Positions 25,626 through 37,921 of a stretch of 64,000 nt of DNA are shown one piece after another. Under the pieces are notes generated by a model, which saw only the letters and a program-made list of their open reading frames with translations, searched no databases and had not been told where the DNA came from. Position numbers and translations under genes: made by a program. The DNA lies in contig MU008161.1 of assembly GCA_010909165.1 (NCBI GenBank), positions 1 through 64,000 of the forward strand. Reading direction: 5' to 3'. The stretch is from Anthoceros angustus (taxonomy: Eukaryota; Plantae; Anthocerotophyta). Each line of letters starts with the position of its first letter. Within the stretch, counting starts at the first letter, position 1.

Positions 25626-27823
25626 TCCGGCACATGTACTGCTCAGCACTTGCAAGCAGCGGTCTCCGACTTTGTGATCTGGGATCGGATCTCTCAGGAT
25701 ACAAATTGGGCAACTATTTGAGGGAGCAGACGGAGATCCCTGGCAAAGTGTTGCAATTTTGCCATCTTCGTTGACATCTGCCTATTGCGAACGTCATGCT
25801 AGGCGGAGTCCACTTGTTTATAAGAGCCAATTCTGGGCCCAGCTTCTCAGGCAATTTTTTCACAGCTGAGTGCAATGCGCTTCAATGACTTCTGTATAGC
25901 GAAGATCAAGCACATTGAAATCAGCTACTCGGACGTGATTGGTGCGTTGCCCATGGCGTTCTCGGGCGGACTATGAGAGGCTTGGCCTTGTTGGTTGCCG
26001 TGAATGTTGGTCTATATGATGGTTGACGCTGGTGTTGAATCCAGCTCTGTCGTTATGGCGAGCCCATCTGTCTCGATGGCTGGTTGACGTTTTTGCATTT
26101 GTCGACATGTGTTCGTTGCAGCTCCTGGCGATTGCTGTGGAGGGATGCCTGTGAGATCCAAATTTTTTAATTGGACACTGTCGTGCAATTATCGTAGCAT
26201 CCTCTGAAGTTTAGGATGCAGCGAGTGGGATGCCTGCTGAGAGCAGTTCCGGTACGCAGGTTTCCGTGCACGTTTGGTCAAACGGTCCCCGGAAGTTGCT
26301 CTCTGGCAACGAACGCCAGGTTGAGTGCAACGACGATGAGTAGTCGACCCTGTGAGACGCTGCCGCGGGTCTGTGGGACACATTGGTGGGGGAACACGAC
26401 GAGAGCAAAGCTCCGCCGCTATGGCAACTTGCAAGTATATGCGCTGTCAGTCCTTGAAGCTGGAGGATGAACACAGCTACTCTACTTACCACACTACGAG
26501 GGAGACGAGAAGGGAGAGAGGCTAGGGAGAGGAGAAAAAGGAAGAAGAAGAGGAGGAGGAGAAAGAAGAGAAGCACAAAGAGGAGGAGGGAGGGAGAAGG
26601 TGGAGGCTTCAGTGAACTTGTGCTAGGCCTTTGCACACTTCGAAATTTTTTTTGCTAGGCCTCAGGCACAAGCACAGGGAGAGGGATAATTGTGAAGCAG
26701 TGTTGAGGCACTGACCAGGCCCAGGTGGGACACTTGGCCACCAGATTGTCCCCTGCCTGAGTGAACTCGTCGGCGGCAATTAAAGCTACACTACGAAATT
26801 CAGGTCCTGATCCTCCGTGAAATTGTGTACCTTGTGGCTCAGTGCCTCTGGACCCCTTGGTGACCCTGCACATGAGACACTAATAAGCCTTTATCTCATA
26901 CGGATTCTGACCAGCTGAGCCTCAGAGAGAAGAAGAGGAAACAGATCTGAGGTGCCTGGTGCTGCATGGTAGCTACACAGCTTTGGAAAAACAGCAGTAT
27001 GGCTTCTGCACAGACGTACCAACCTCAAGCCGGGTAAAAGTTGTATCTATAACAGCTCCAGGAGAGTAAGCCCCGTGCATCAGTCCGGGAACAGAGTTAT
27101 GGATAGTGCGTCCTATTTTTGCTTGCAACAGGTATCCGAGGAAACAAGGGTTATTACCGGGCTCAGCTCCGTGTTATCATGGAAGGTTGACTTGAAAGCG
27201 CCAGCGAGGCTACAGAACGGCTATGCTAAACACCCGTTCCAGCAGCCATTTGGATTACCACAAGATGGGAGGGAAGCCGGGAACGGCAGCTGGTTATGTC
27301 AATGTCAGACTCGGGACTGGAAACAATGCACCAGGAACTTTGACGACAGATGCCTCCTCCCGGCTTCACGGTGGACCAAAGATCAAAGACAGTTTTGAAA
27401 TTTGGTTGAGCCTCGTATCCTGGCGCCTCTCAGGACTTGCCAGAACGTTTGGATGTTCATGTGTATTATCTCTAACATCGGTATCCTAATGCCTGCACTG
27501 AAGGAAGCTCTCGTTGTCATATCAAAGTTTTTGACGTCAAGCTGGCACCCCCAGCATCTCTTGGCGACTCAGACAAGGTGACGTCTACATGTTTAGAGGT
27601 AGTTGAGCTACTCTGATGATGAAGGTACTTCTGCCCATCAGAATGTTGAAGCCCATTCTCAGGCTTCCTATGTTGTTGCAATCCTGACAAGTCTTTGACA
27701 TGTAGATATGTTGACAAGGCAAAGGATGCGAGCATCCTTGGACAAGGATAGAAGACGCAGTAACTTGGTGGTTATCCTCTGTTCATTTCAAGATCCCTAC
27801 CTCACGGGTACAGCATCAATCAG

Positions 27824-27877
27824 GCTTCCTTCCTTCCTTCCTTCCTTCCTTCCTTCCTTCCTTCCTTCCTTCCTTCC
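27824..27877. repeat. (CTTC)n microsatellite
   Basis: Direct reading. Confidence 0.95.
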
Positions 27878-28780
27878 ACCTTGTTGTGACCCTGTGTCAG
27901 AATTAACTCAGTTGCCCGCACATGGCACCACAGAAAATGTAATAGTGGGAATATGCAGGCAAGCGTGTGGGTGCACTGGGTGGGGCGTGATCCATTGGCC
28001 ACACCCGAAATGGGTGCCCAGGGGCCGTGGGCGATAAAGAGAGCAACAACAAGCGAGCGAGCGAGTAGAGGAGAAGAGGAGGCGCAGCGCAGCCGGTTTG
28101 GGGTTTAGCTGGGCGGTTCCATGCTTTTGCTGAAAATGGCATGCAAACTGGCAGATGGCGCTCACCAATTCCAGTGTCTCCAGTTGCTACTGCTGCAGTC
28201 AGCAGTTGGAGAAGAGGGTAATGTAGCCTATGTGACATGAAAAAAAGAAAAGCAAGCGCAGGCTGCAGAAAGCAGAGGGTTCCTTTCCCCAGGCAGTAAT
28301 GATGGTAACACGCTTCAAATGGTCGTGCTTGCTTGGTCGCAGGCACACGGCCAGTGGCAGCCCACACGGCGGGCAGGGACTGGCCACCCCTCCGACCTCA
28401 TGCCACACACACAGTATAACGCCAGCCAGATGTACAGGTATGGAAAACCAAGTCCGCCCTACAGGCTGCCCCGCCCCCGCCCCCTCAATATATTATACTA
28501 TAATATCCAAGGGGTGAAAGCATGGCTTGATTCCCAAGGCAGGTGATTGCGCCTGCCCTGCGGGCAGAGTGCTGCCAGGCACAACTCCAATGCCGAAGGG
28601 CCCAAGCCAAGAGTCCAAGATGAAGAGCTCAAGAGAATGAGCCCGTCATGAGCCATGGAAAGACTAAAAAACCCACAACCAGGTCCTGGATCCAGGATCC
28701 AGGACAGGAGGCAACAGCAGGGTGCAGCAGGCCTGTTTCGGGCCGCAGGACCCTGCTGTTTCTGTTATAAAGGGGAAGAA

Positions 28781-30195
28781 GGCCCGGCCCGGGTACATCC
28801 ATGCCGCTGCTGTGTGCTTGTGCTGTAACGTAGGTATATGTTTTACTGTATCCTCTACATACGTATCCCTTCTCTTCTCCGTGTGTGTGTGTGTGCCTGA
28901 CAGCCTAGCCTGGTGCCTGCAGCGTGTGGTCACTTGGTGGCCTGTGGACAGCCAGCATTTTGGGTAGTGCGGCCAGAAACAGGCCGTGTGACGGGTTGAC
29001 CGTGGGTCAGCAGAGCAGGGGAACTGGGCCCGGGACCCGGGGACCGGGGAACGGGGACCGGGGACCGGGACCCGGGCCCCGGCCCCTCCCCTTGCTTTTC
29101 ACCATCACCCACAAGCACCTGCAGTGAAGAGGCTAGGAGACTCGAGTCCAGATCGGGCTGCGGAGCGCAAAATTGTTGTAAAGCAAGGGAGGCTGGCGGC
29201 GTCATCAGTCATGCGCACTGGAATCTGGAACTGGCACTGGCACGGGCACTGGCACTGGCAGCCGTGCCCAGTGCCGAAACCGAGCCCGGCCCGGCCCGGC
29301 CCGGCCCGAATCGGGCCTGTCTGACGCCGTGACGCCCCCCTTGTGTATGCCAAGTGTCGTGTTGCGAGCAGGAGTTGGCGCGCACGCGCCATAAAGCTGA
29401 AGAAAGCGCGGCAACTTATTGGACCCCGATCCCGTTCACAGAACGCGCAGCCGACAGCATCCAGCTGTGCCGCGTCTGAGCCCAGGCCCGGCCCCGGTAC
29501 ATCCATGCCGCTGCTGTGTGCTTGTGCTGTAACGTAGGTATATGTTTTACTGTATCCTCTACATACGTATCCCTTCTCTTCTCCGTGTGTGTGTGTGTGC
29601 CTGACAGCCTAGCCTGGTGCCTGCAGCGTGTGGTCACTTGGTGGCCTGTGGACAGCCAGCATTTTGGGTAGTGCGGCCAGAAACAGGCCGTGTGACGGGT
29701 TGACCGTGGGTCAGCAGAGCAGGGAACTGGGCCCGGGGACCGGGGACCGGGAACGGGACCGGGGACCGGGACCAGGACCCGGCCCGGCCCTCCCCTGCTT
29801 TCACCATCACCCACAAGCACCTGCAGTGAAGAGGCTAGGAGACTCGAGTCCAGATCGGGCTGCGGAGCGCAAAATTGTTGTAAAGCAAGGGAGGCTGGCG
29901 GCGTCATCAGTCATGCGCACTGGAATCTGGAACTGGCACTGGCACGGGCACTGGCACTGGCAGCCGTGCCCAGTGCCGGAAACCGAGCCCGGCCCGGCCC
30001 GGCCCGGCCCGAATCGGGCCTGTCTGACGCCGTGACGCCCCCCTTGTGTATGCCAAGTGTCGTGTTGCGAGCAGGGGAGTTGGCGCGCACGCGCCATAAA
30101 GCTGAAGAAAGCGCGGCAACTTATTGGACCCCGATCCCGTTCACACAGAACGCGCAGCCGACAGCATCCAGCTGTGCCGCGTCTGAGCCCGGGCC
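28781..30195. repeat. ~705 bp near-identical tandem duplication
   Basis: gtacatccatgccgctgctgtg... begins at ~28793 and ~29496. Junctions lie in GGCCC repeats. Confidence 0.9.
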
Positions 30196-30334
30196 CGGGC
30201 CCCGGCCCCGGCCTCGGCCGATGAATAACTGGAGTCGAGTTACATAATACTCTCGCATTCCAGTGCGTTGCGGTGCGGCCAATTATTGGCTGCCGCTGCC
30301 AACGGAACGGGCCCGGGCCCGGGCCCGGGCCCGG

Positions 30335-31580
30335 CCCTCGCCTCGGGGATATAACGGTTTGCAGCAGCAGCCCCAGCCCGGATCGGGCCGCCTACAATTT
30401 GAAGGGCAGGGCTGCGGCGGTGGCGAAAGCCGCGGCGAAACGCGTCCGGGTCCGGACAAGGCCACGAGCAGCGTCAGGGGCAGGGCATCCCGAGGCGCGC
30501 GGGTTCGAACCCCGCAACCAAAGCGGGGAGAGGTCACCGGCGGCCCTTCCGGTGACCAGTGTCAACGTCACGCTGCTACACCGTACGGCCACATCTCTCT
30601 TTGAAAACTGCATCTGCATGAAGCGTAGGCGCCTAGGGCAGAGTTATTAACTCATAAGGCCTTAGGGCTGGGGCTGGGGCTGGCGCTGGCGCTGGGGGTT
30701 TTAAAAAAAAATAGGCGAGTGCGGGGGAGCCGGGGCTCCAGCCCGATCATGCGCCCAAGATTGGCAAAGATCCACCACTTATATTCTTGTTACAGCGCCC
30801 GCGCGGGCGCTTAAGGTGCAGTATCCGATGATTATCGTGGCGCGGGCGCCTGGGCCACGTAACCGCTTCTCTCACGTGTGGCTCCGCCAGGCGCATTAGC
30901 GCAAAGCACAGATGCAAAGCGAGGTTTGGAGTCTTCATAGCGGCCAATCCGGGCCTGGGCCGGCCCGGCCTCGCCTCGGGATATAACGGTTTGCAGCAGC
31001 AGCCCCAGCCCGGATCGGGCCGCCTACAATTTGAAGGGCAGGGCTGCGGCGGTGGCGAAAGCCGCGGCGAAACGCGTCCGGGTCCGGACAAGGCCACGAG
31101 CAGCGTCAGGGGCAGGGCATCCCGAGGCGCGCGGGTTCGAACCCCGCAACCAAAGCGGGAGAGGTCACCGGCGGCCCTTCCGGTGACCAGTGTCAACGTC
31201 ACGCTGCTACACCGTACGGCCACATCTCTCTTTGAAAACTGCATCTGCATGAAGCGTAGGCGCCTAGGGCAGAGTTATTAACTCATAAGGCCTTAGGGCT
31301 GGGGCTGGGGCTGGCGCTGGCGCTGGGGTTTTAAAAAAATAGGCGAGTGCGGGGCCGGCTCCAGCCCGATCATGCGCCCAAGATTGGCAAAGATCCACCA
31401 CTTATATTCTTGTTACAGCGCCCGCGCGGGCGGGTGCAGTATCCGATGATTATCGTGGCGCGGGCGCCTGGGCCACGTAACCGCTTCTCTCACGTGTGGC
31501 TCCGCCAGGCGCATTAGCGCAAAGCACAGATGCAAAGCGAGGTTTGGAGTCTTCATAGCGGCCAATCCCGGGCCCGGCCG
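30335..31580. repeat. ~630 bp near-identical tandem duplication
   Basis: cctcgcctcggggatataacggtttgc at ~30336 and ~30969. Junctions lie in GGCCC repeats. Confidence 0.9.
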
Positions 31581-31795
31581 GCCCCGGCCCCGGCCCTCTC
31601 CCCCGGGCTGCCCACCCAGGCACGTGTGGGGCAGGTGGATGCACGCTTGGCGCCAGGGCCCACGTGCAGCGTCGGTGGGCTGGGCCTGGCCCACCTCCCG
31701 CGCGCCGCCACGTCGCCGAAGACCGGCGCGTCCGGTAGCCCGGTCGCAGATTCGCCCGAGACGTGGCCCCCGGGGCTCGGGCAGCGGCCATGTGA
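31400..31795. promoter_or_regulatory. G-box/ABRE cluster with nearby TATA-like motif
   Basis: TACGTGGC (minus, 31472-31479); CACGTG at 31491, 31621, 31661; GACGTGGC (minus 31707-31714, plus 31760-31767); CATGTG at 31789; minus-strand AATATAAG near 31401-31408. Confidence 0.55.
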
Positions 31796-32938
31796 GGGGC
31801 GGGGCGGGGCCGGGCCGGGCGAGGCCGGGCGGGGCCGGCCGCAAATGCTCTGCACATGAATGTACATGCATATGCTTCCATGGCGTATATGAATACCACC
31901 CGGCAGGGACTCTCTCACTACAGCCGCTGCTAAAGTAGAACGCGCGATTGTGTGACGTGCGGGCTTGCGTCTGTCGACTGTCGACTGTAGTCTGTCGTCT
32001 GCCGTCTGCCGTCTGCCGTCTGCCGTCTGCTGCGTATGTCTGTCTTGTCCGTCCTGCCCGTCCTGTCCCGTCCTGCCCCCCGTCCTGTCCCCTGTCCTGT
32101 CCGTTCCGCCTGTCCTGTCCTGTCCGTCTCCAGCCCCAGCCCAAGCCTCAGCTCTGCAGCCAGCCAAAGATCCTGCAGGATCGGTCCCAGGCCCCAATAA
32201 AAGAAGGTAGGTGACGTTCTGCCAACCAACCGCCTCTGCGATTGGATCTCGCCAGATTATATACCCCCAAATAGCTTCTTTTCTATCTTTTTCCTATCTC
32301 AATCATATCCCTCCACGGACACGCTTTGTACGCCTGCTAGCGGCTACCTCTACTCTCGTGTAGTACCCCTTTCCGTCCCCACCTGCCTCTTATTTGAGCT
32401 CCACTTATCATTATCCATCTATTAAAGATTCAAGCATAAACCATATATGTACGTGCAGACTGTGTGGATGGTAGATGAATTGGAGAGGATGCGCAGGGTG
32501 TGGATTGTTCATAGGATTCAAGTCAGGTATTATTAATTTTTAATTTTTTATCAGGTTGTGGCTTAAGTTGAATGACTTTCACAATATTTTGTTTCATGTA
32601 TAAGTAATTAATCATAATTAATTATATATATGTATATTGATTTTCATAATCATCATTACTTACTCGTGTTTCTAGTGGACAAACGGAGTGCTCACAGGAT
32701 TCTTGTTGTGTCACTGGTTGATCCTAGTATGCACTTGAAATCTCCAACTGAATATCATGCGAATAGGATATACATTTCATCATAATTCAACCATATTTTA
32801 TTTGTGTACCAAAAATTAGATATTATTGAAAAATTTTGAGAAAAATGTTATGGATGCACTCTAGCGGTCTCACAATTGGTGTTATTCATGCACATCAATA
32901 GGGGGCATAATCACTTCATGTATAATAGTAATCGCTTA

Positions 32939-33425
32939 TTCTATGATTGAGTCTTACTTACCCTTCACTTGATGCATCATCATAATTGTTTGCTCTATGA
33001 TTGAGTCTTACTTACCCTTTACTTGATGCATCATCGTAATTGCGTGCTCTATGACTGAGTCTTACTTAGCCTTTACCTGATGCATCCTCGTATTTGCTTG
33101 CTCTATGATTGAGTCTTACTTACCCTTCACTTCTATGATTGAGTCTTACTTACCCTTCACTTTGATGCATCGTCGTAATCGCTTGCTCTATGATTGAGTC
33201 TTGCTTACGTTGTAAGTGAGGCTCATGTGAGATTGATAATCATCATATTGGAAGGGCAATTTACCCCATCCTAATGACGCATTTAAGTGAGGCTCATGTG
33301 AGATTCATATTTACTACATTGTAAGGGCAATTTGCCCATCCTAATGACATGTGTAAATGAGGCTCATGTGAGATTCATAAGTACCACATTGTAAGGGCAA
33401 TTTGCCCATCTTAATGACATGTGAT
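32939..33425. repeat. Two adjacent minisatellites (~56 bp unit ctatgattgagtcttacttaccc..., ~63-70 bp unit gaggctcatgtgagatt...)
   Basis: About 6 and 3 imperfect copies, read directly. Confidence 0.85.
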
Positions 33426-33989
33426 TAAATAATGAATCCGCTCTAAACTCATATAGGTACTTCCTCTTGCTCCATATGTTCTCCTCGAACTTGGATTAAG
33501 CGCGAGCTTAGGCCATCCCAGGTCACTATTCGTGAAAAAGTCCATTTTTGAACTGGAATGTATAAGTGTGGGAACTGCAGCGTTGGGGATGGGGAAGCAG
33601 ATTCATATGCAGATCAGAGAATATATGTGGAACTCTAAACCAATAAATATGTACAACTCTAAACTAATAAATATGTAAAACTCTAAACCAATAAGAAAAA
33701 TACCGAGATATGAAATTCATGTATGAGGACTCGAGCCAATTAGAAAAATTTACGAATTTGGGACTCACGTATATGGAACTCATGTGTGAGGTTTCAAGCC
33801 AAGTTAAAAGATATTTCGATTTGGAACTCACGTATATGGACCTCATGTGTGAGGTTTCATGAAATACCGGGATATGGAAGAGGCCTGTAATATATAATGG
33901 TCCAATTGAAATAAGTGGATATCAAACTAACATGTATGACATTAGGTTGAAAAATACTAAATATGAAACTCGCCAGTATGAACTTAGAT

Positions 33990-34300
33990 ATGCAATTGGA
34001 ATCCTATCTCACAGAGCAGGAGGTCAAAAAGGCTCTTCAAGACACGCCCAATAGGAAGAGGCCCGACCCGGATGCTATTCCCAAGGAAATCTTTGTCTTG
34101 AGTTTAGGACTCCTCACACATCCGCTTATGCAGACCATCCAACATATTGAGGACAAGGGCTCTGTGCGCGAGAAGGTGTGTGCAAGTCTCATCACCTTGT
34201 TACTTAAGCCCAACGCTGCAGACTCCATCTTCAATTAGAGACCAATAATCTTATTGAATATGCTCTATAAGCTTACGTCCGAGACAATGCATTACCAACC
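33990..34300 (+). pseudogene. LINE (L1-like) reverse transcriptase N-terminal fragment
   Basis: LTEQEVKKALQDTPNRKRPDPDAIPKEIF...LITLLLKP....N*RPIILLNMLYKL, a decayed K.PGPDG / RPI.LLN..YK motif. Confidence 0.8.
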
Positions 34301-34799
34301 GAATTCAATTGAGCATGCACAAGGCCAAGAGGCTTCAGCAAAAGATGGTATATTGTTGTCAAGTTATTGCTTGTTAGATAAGCAAACTGGTGGAATTTGC
34401 AACAGCCATCCCCACGGTGTTGATCTCATTGGATTCCTACTTGGCTCACAACGTCATAAAGTGGTATTTTCCTCAAGACGTTGGGGTGAAGAATAAAGGG
34501 CACAGTAGGAGTCTCTTTGTCTATTGTAGATTAATTTCTTCCACTCTAGATCATCTATAATCAATGCTCACAACAAAGTGGAAGGCCAAACTCGGGCATC
34601 GTACGTTGCCTACCAAAATTGTGGTGATTTATCACATCTTGACAGTTACCTTGTTTACCATACACTTCGTATGGGCCCCATCTCAACATGATATGGCAAA
34701 GTTGAGAGATCTCATTTTGTAATTTTTGTGGAACCAACCTATTGAAATAATTGGTAAAATAAAACAAGTGGCTTGAAACTCATGTAAGAAGATTCAAGA

Positions 34800-35412
34800 C
34801 AATTTTAAAAATGCTTGTTTGTGGAACTCATGTGTGAAGTTTCAAGCCCAAGTTGAAAAAAACAAAGCTTAGGAATTTAGATATGGAACTTGCGTATATG
34901 GAACTTAGGTGGAGGAGTATGCTAGGGAACTAGCATACATAGAGTTCAGTTGATGAGTACTTCAATGTGGAACTAGCATATATGGAACTCAGATTAAGAA
35001 TTATTGGGATCTGGAACCAGAGTAGCGTATGAAACTTAGATTGAGAATTATTTGGCTGTGGAACTAGCATATATGAAATTCGGGTTGAAAATTACTTGTA
35101 TATGGAACGTTCAGGCGTACATAAAACTCAGGCTATCAAAATTACTTGGATACAAAACTATCGTATCTGGAACTGATGGTGAAAATTACTTAGATAAAGA
35201 ATCATCGTATATAAAATCAAGCTAATAATTACTTGGACATAGCATGGAACTAGCGTGTATGGAACTCAAGTTGATAATTACTTGGACATGGAACTAGCGT
35301 GTATGAAACTCAAGTTGAGAATTACTTGCATACGGAACTAGCGTGTATTGAACTCAAGTTGGGAATCACTTAGATATGGAACTAGCATATATGAAATAAA
35401 GGTTAAGAATTA
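34800..35412. repeat. ~42 bp satellite (gagaattacttggatatggaactagcgtatatgaaactcaggtt), left arm
   Basis: Tandem imperfect copies. Diverged copies also occur at ~33700-33880. Confidence 0.9.
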
Positions 35413-36309
35413 TAGAGTTACATAATTTACAGCAATCCAACTTTTATTAAGGATGGAAGTGATTTACAACAAAGATTGTCGTAACTACTTTGATTATACA
35501 AAGATGCATATGTATTTATAACAGGGCGAATGTGTATGAGGCGATTCATTTGCTTTTATTGGGTTTGTGGTATAGTTGCTTTATAGGAAACATGTTCGAG
35601 TCACAAGTATGGGCCGATCACACAAAACAGCATATGCCAGACCGTCACCACTGAAACAACATCACTACAAAAAACTCTACAAACGCATGCGCATGTGGCG
35701 TAGTCCTCGTTTACGGTGTGAGCGCTCTCCGTCTTCCATTACACGCTCGATGCAAGTCTCCTCAATACCCAGCACCTTTTCCAATTCCACCAAAAGGAGC
35801 TAGTAGACGTGGAAATCCACGGGGTTCCATGGACTGGCCTTGTTTTCCGGGACATCCGTGCGTTCACAAAGCGGCACACCTTTGCTTGCACATGCTCCAG
35901 CTTTCTAACGTGCTCGTGAACCAGTCTCATGATACGCCACAAGTCTATGAGTAAGAGAGCGAGTCGGGTTTGTCAATGAGGATGGTAAATTTCTTATGGT
36001 CATCCACGAAAATGGGAATCCTATGTCTAATGTTGAATGCCATCTTTCCAGCTTCCCTTGGCTTGTTTTTCACAACTAAAACTTCCATCAATTGCAACAA
36101 AACGTTATCACGGAAAAGCAGTTGGAAATTAAAACCCATAAAACGAGAATCAAAGCATACAAAGGCGCCCAAGGCACGACAGGTTCAGTGACAATTAATC
36201 CACAACATTGGTGCAGCTCAATCTGAGGATAGCAGATTTCACGCCCGCAAATTGATAAGTACTTGAATCTGACATGCGCGCGTGAATCCAAAGCAAAGCT
36301 GCTATTTGT

Positions 36310-37700
36310 GTGGACTCCACTTTAACAGCTTCACGTTCAGCTGCGTCTCTTATGTAATGATGGTATAACTCGATGTGCTTTGTTATAGCGTGGAATCTAG
36401 GAAATTGAGTCTAGGAAATTGAGACTAGAAGGATAGCGCTCATGTTGTCACAATAGAGAGGTGTGGTTGACTGCTGAGGTAAATGAATGTCTTCCAAGAA
36501 TTTCCTTTCCTGTTCTACTTCCTTGCATGCATTAGTCAATGCTTTGCACTCTGCCTCCGTGCTGGAAAGTGCTAGGGAAGTTTGCTTTTTGCACGACAAG
36601 TTTACTGAACCGGCTGCAAGCCAGGAAAACATAGGCTAACAAGCTCCTCCTGATGTCGGTATCTAATGCCCAATCAGCATCGGCATAAAAGCTAAGTACC
36701 ATCTCTCGCTTACCACTTGCAATATAATGTAAGCCTAGGTGAATTGTTCCCTTAAGATATCGATAGATGGGTTTGACGGTAGCTCAATGGGCTTGTCCTA
36801 GATTTTTAAGAAACTAACCACGATGCTCACAAAATAGGAGATATCAAGTCGAGTCCAGTTCGCCATATAAATCAAGTAAGCGACTGCCTCAGTATAAGGC
36901 ACTTCAGCCATATTTTTAGTCTCAAGATCATCAATAGGAGACATATTTGCAGGAGACATATCCGCATGAGACACATCCCACTACGAAGGGAATAGAGACA
37001 AGACGAGCAGAATCCATGCTAAAATGCTTCAAAATTTCTTTCAGGTACTTGGTCTGATGCAAAATAATCATGCCTTGAGGTCTATCACGCAAAATTTAAA
37101 TTCTTAGGTGGTATTGACGAGACCCTGGATAGGTCATCTGAAATTCAACGCGTAACATAGACTTTTCTATATCCATTAGGTCCATACTATTACTCAACAA
37201 AATTGCATTGTCTACATACAAGGCCAGAATATAAAAAGGTCTCCTTGGCATAATACAAAGCCTTCGAGTCAGCTGAAGATTGGATGAAACCCTCTTTTTC
37301 AGTACTTCATGATGCGTTTGTATCATGTCCTAAGACTCTAGTTGAGCCCATACAATGTTTTGAGGAGTTTGCAGATCCTCATGGGTCAGCGTTTGCTAAA
37401 AAAGCCCTTGAACTGCATCATGAAGAAATGTAGTGTACACGTCCATTTGATGAACCTCTAAGTCCAATTCTGCTACTACAGCCAAGAGGATGCGAATATA
37501 TGAAGGCTTTAACTACTGGAGAAAATGTCTTACCGTAATTCATACTAGGGATTTGGCTAAAACCTCGAGCCACCATTCGTGACTTGTATCTAACAACAGT
37601 GCTATCAGATTTTCGCTTGGTCTTAAACACCCATTTGCAGGTGACAAGTTTGCGAGCTGGTGACAGATTGACTAACTTTATGACACAATTGTATTCGTCA
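36310..37700 (-). pseudogene. Ty1/copia reverse transcriptase - RNase H remnant inserted in the satellite
   Basis: CKWVFKTK..RYKSRMVARGFSQIP..YGKTFSPV; LALYVDN; SFYADADWA; KKQTSLALSSTEAE..YCDNMSAI; FHAITKHI..YHYIRD. Contains stops and frameshifts. Confidence 0.92.
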
Positions 37701-37921
37701 TCAATGCTGACATGGTAATGAGAGTCATCAAGAACATCTAGGGCTTCCTTAGAGCACGAATACCATTTTGCTAAATGCAGAAGCTATTTTGTAGTGAACT
37801 TATAGAAATGAATTAAAAATTAATTAGATTATAAAAATAGTCTATTTAAATATTTGTCTAGGTGACTGTTCAATGTTAATGTAAGCTATATAGTTTCTAT
37901 TTGGGTAGCCAACCCTCAACA

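Noticed and set aside
26467-26658. Basic Arg/Lys-rich small protein
   Set aside because: Translation of a purine-rich GA tract with no supporting gene structure.
27508-27519. 12-nt match to the miR535 5' end on the minus strand, and a miR319 precursor at 27492
   Set aside because: The match is incomplete and there is no complementary arm to form a hairpin.
35663-37796. CACTACAAAA ... TTTTGTAGTG pair suggesting a Pack-CACTA around the copia fragment
   Set aside because: Only 10 bp match, the flanks cat/aac are not a TSD, and there are no subterminal repeats.
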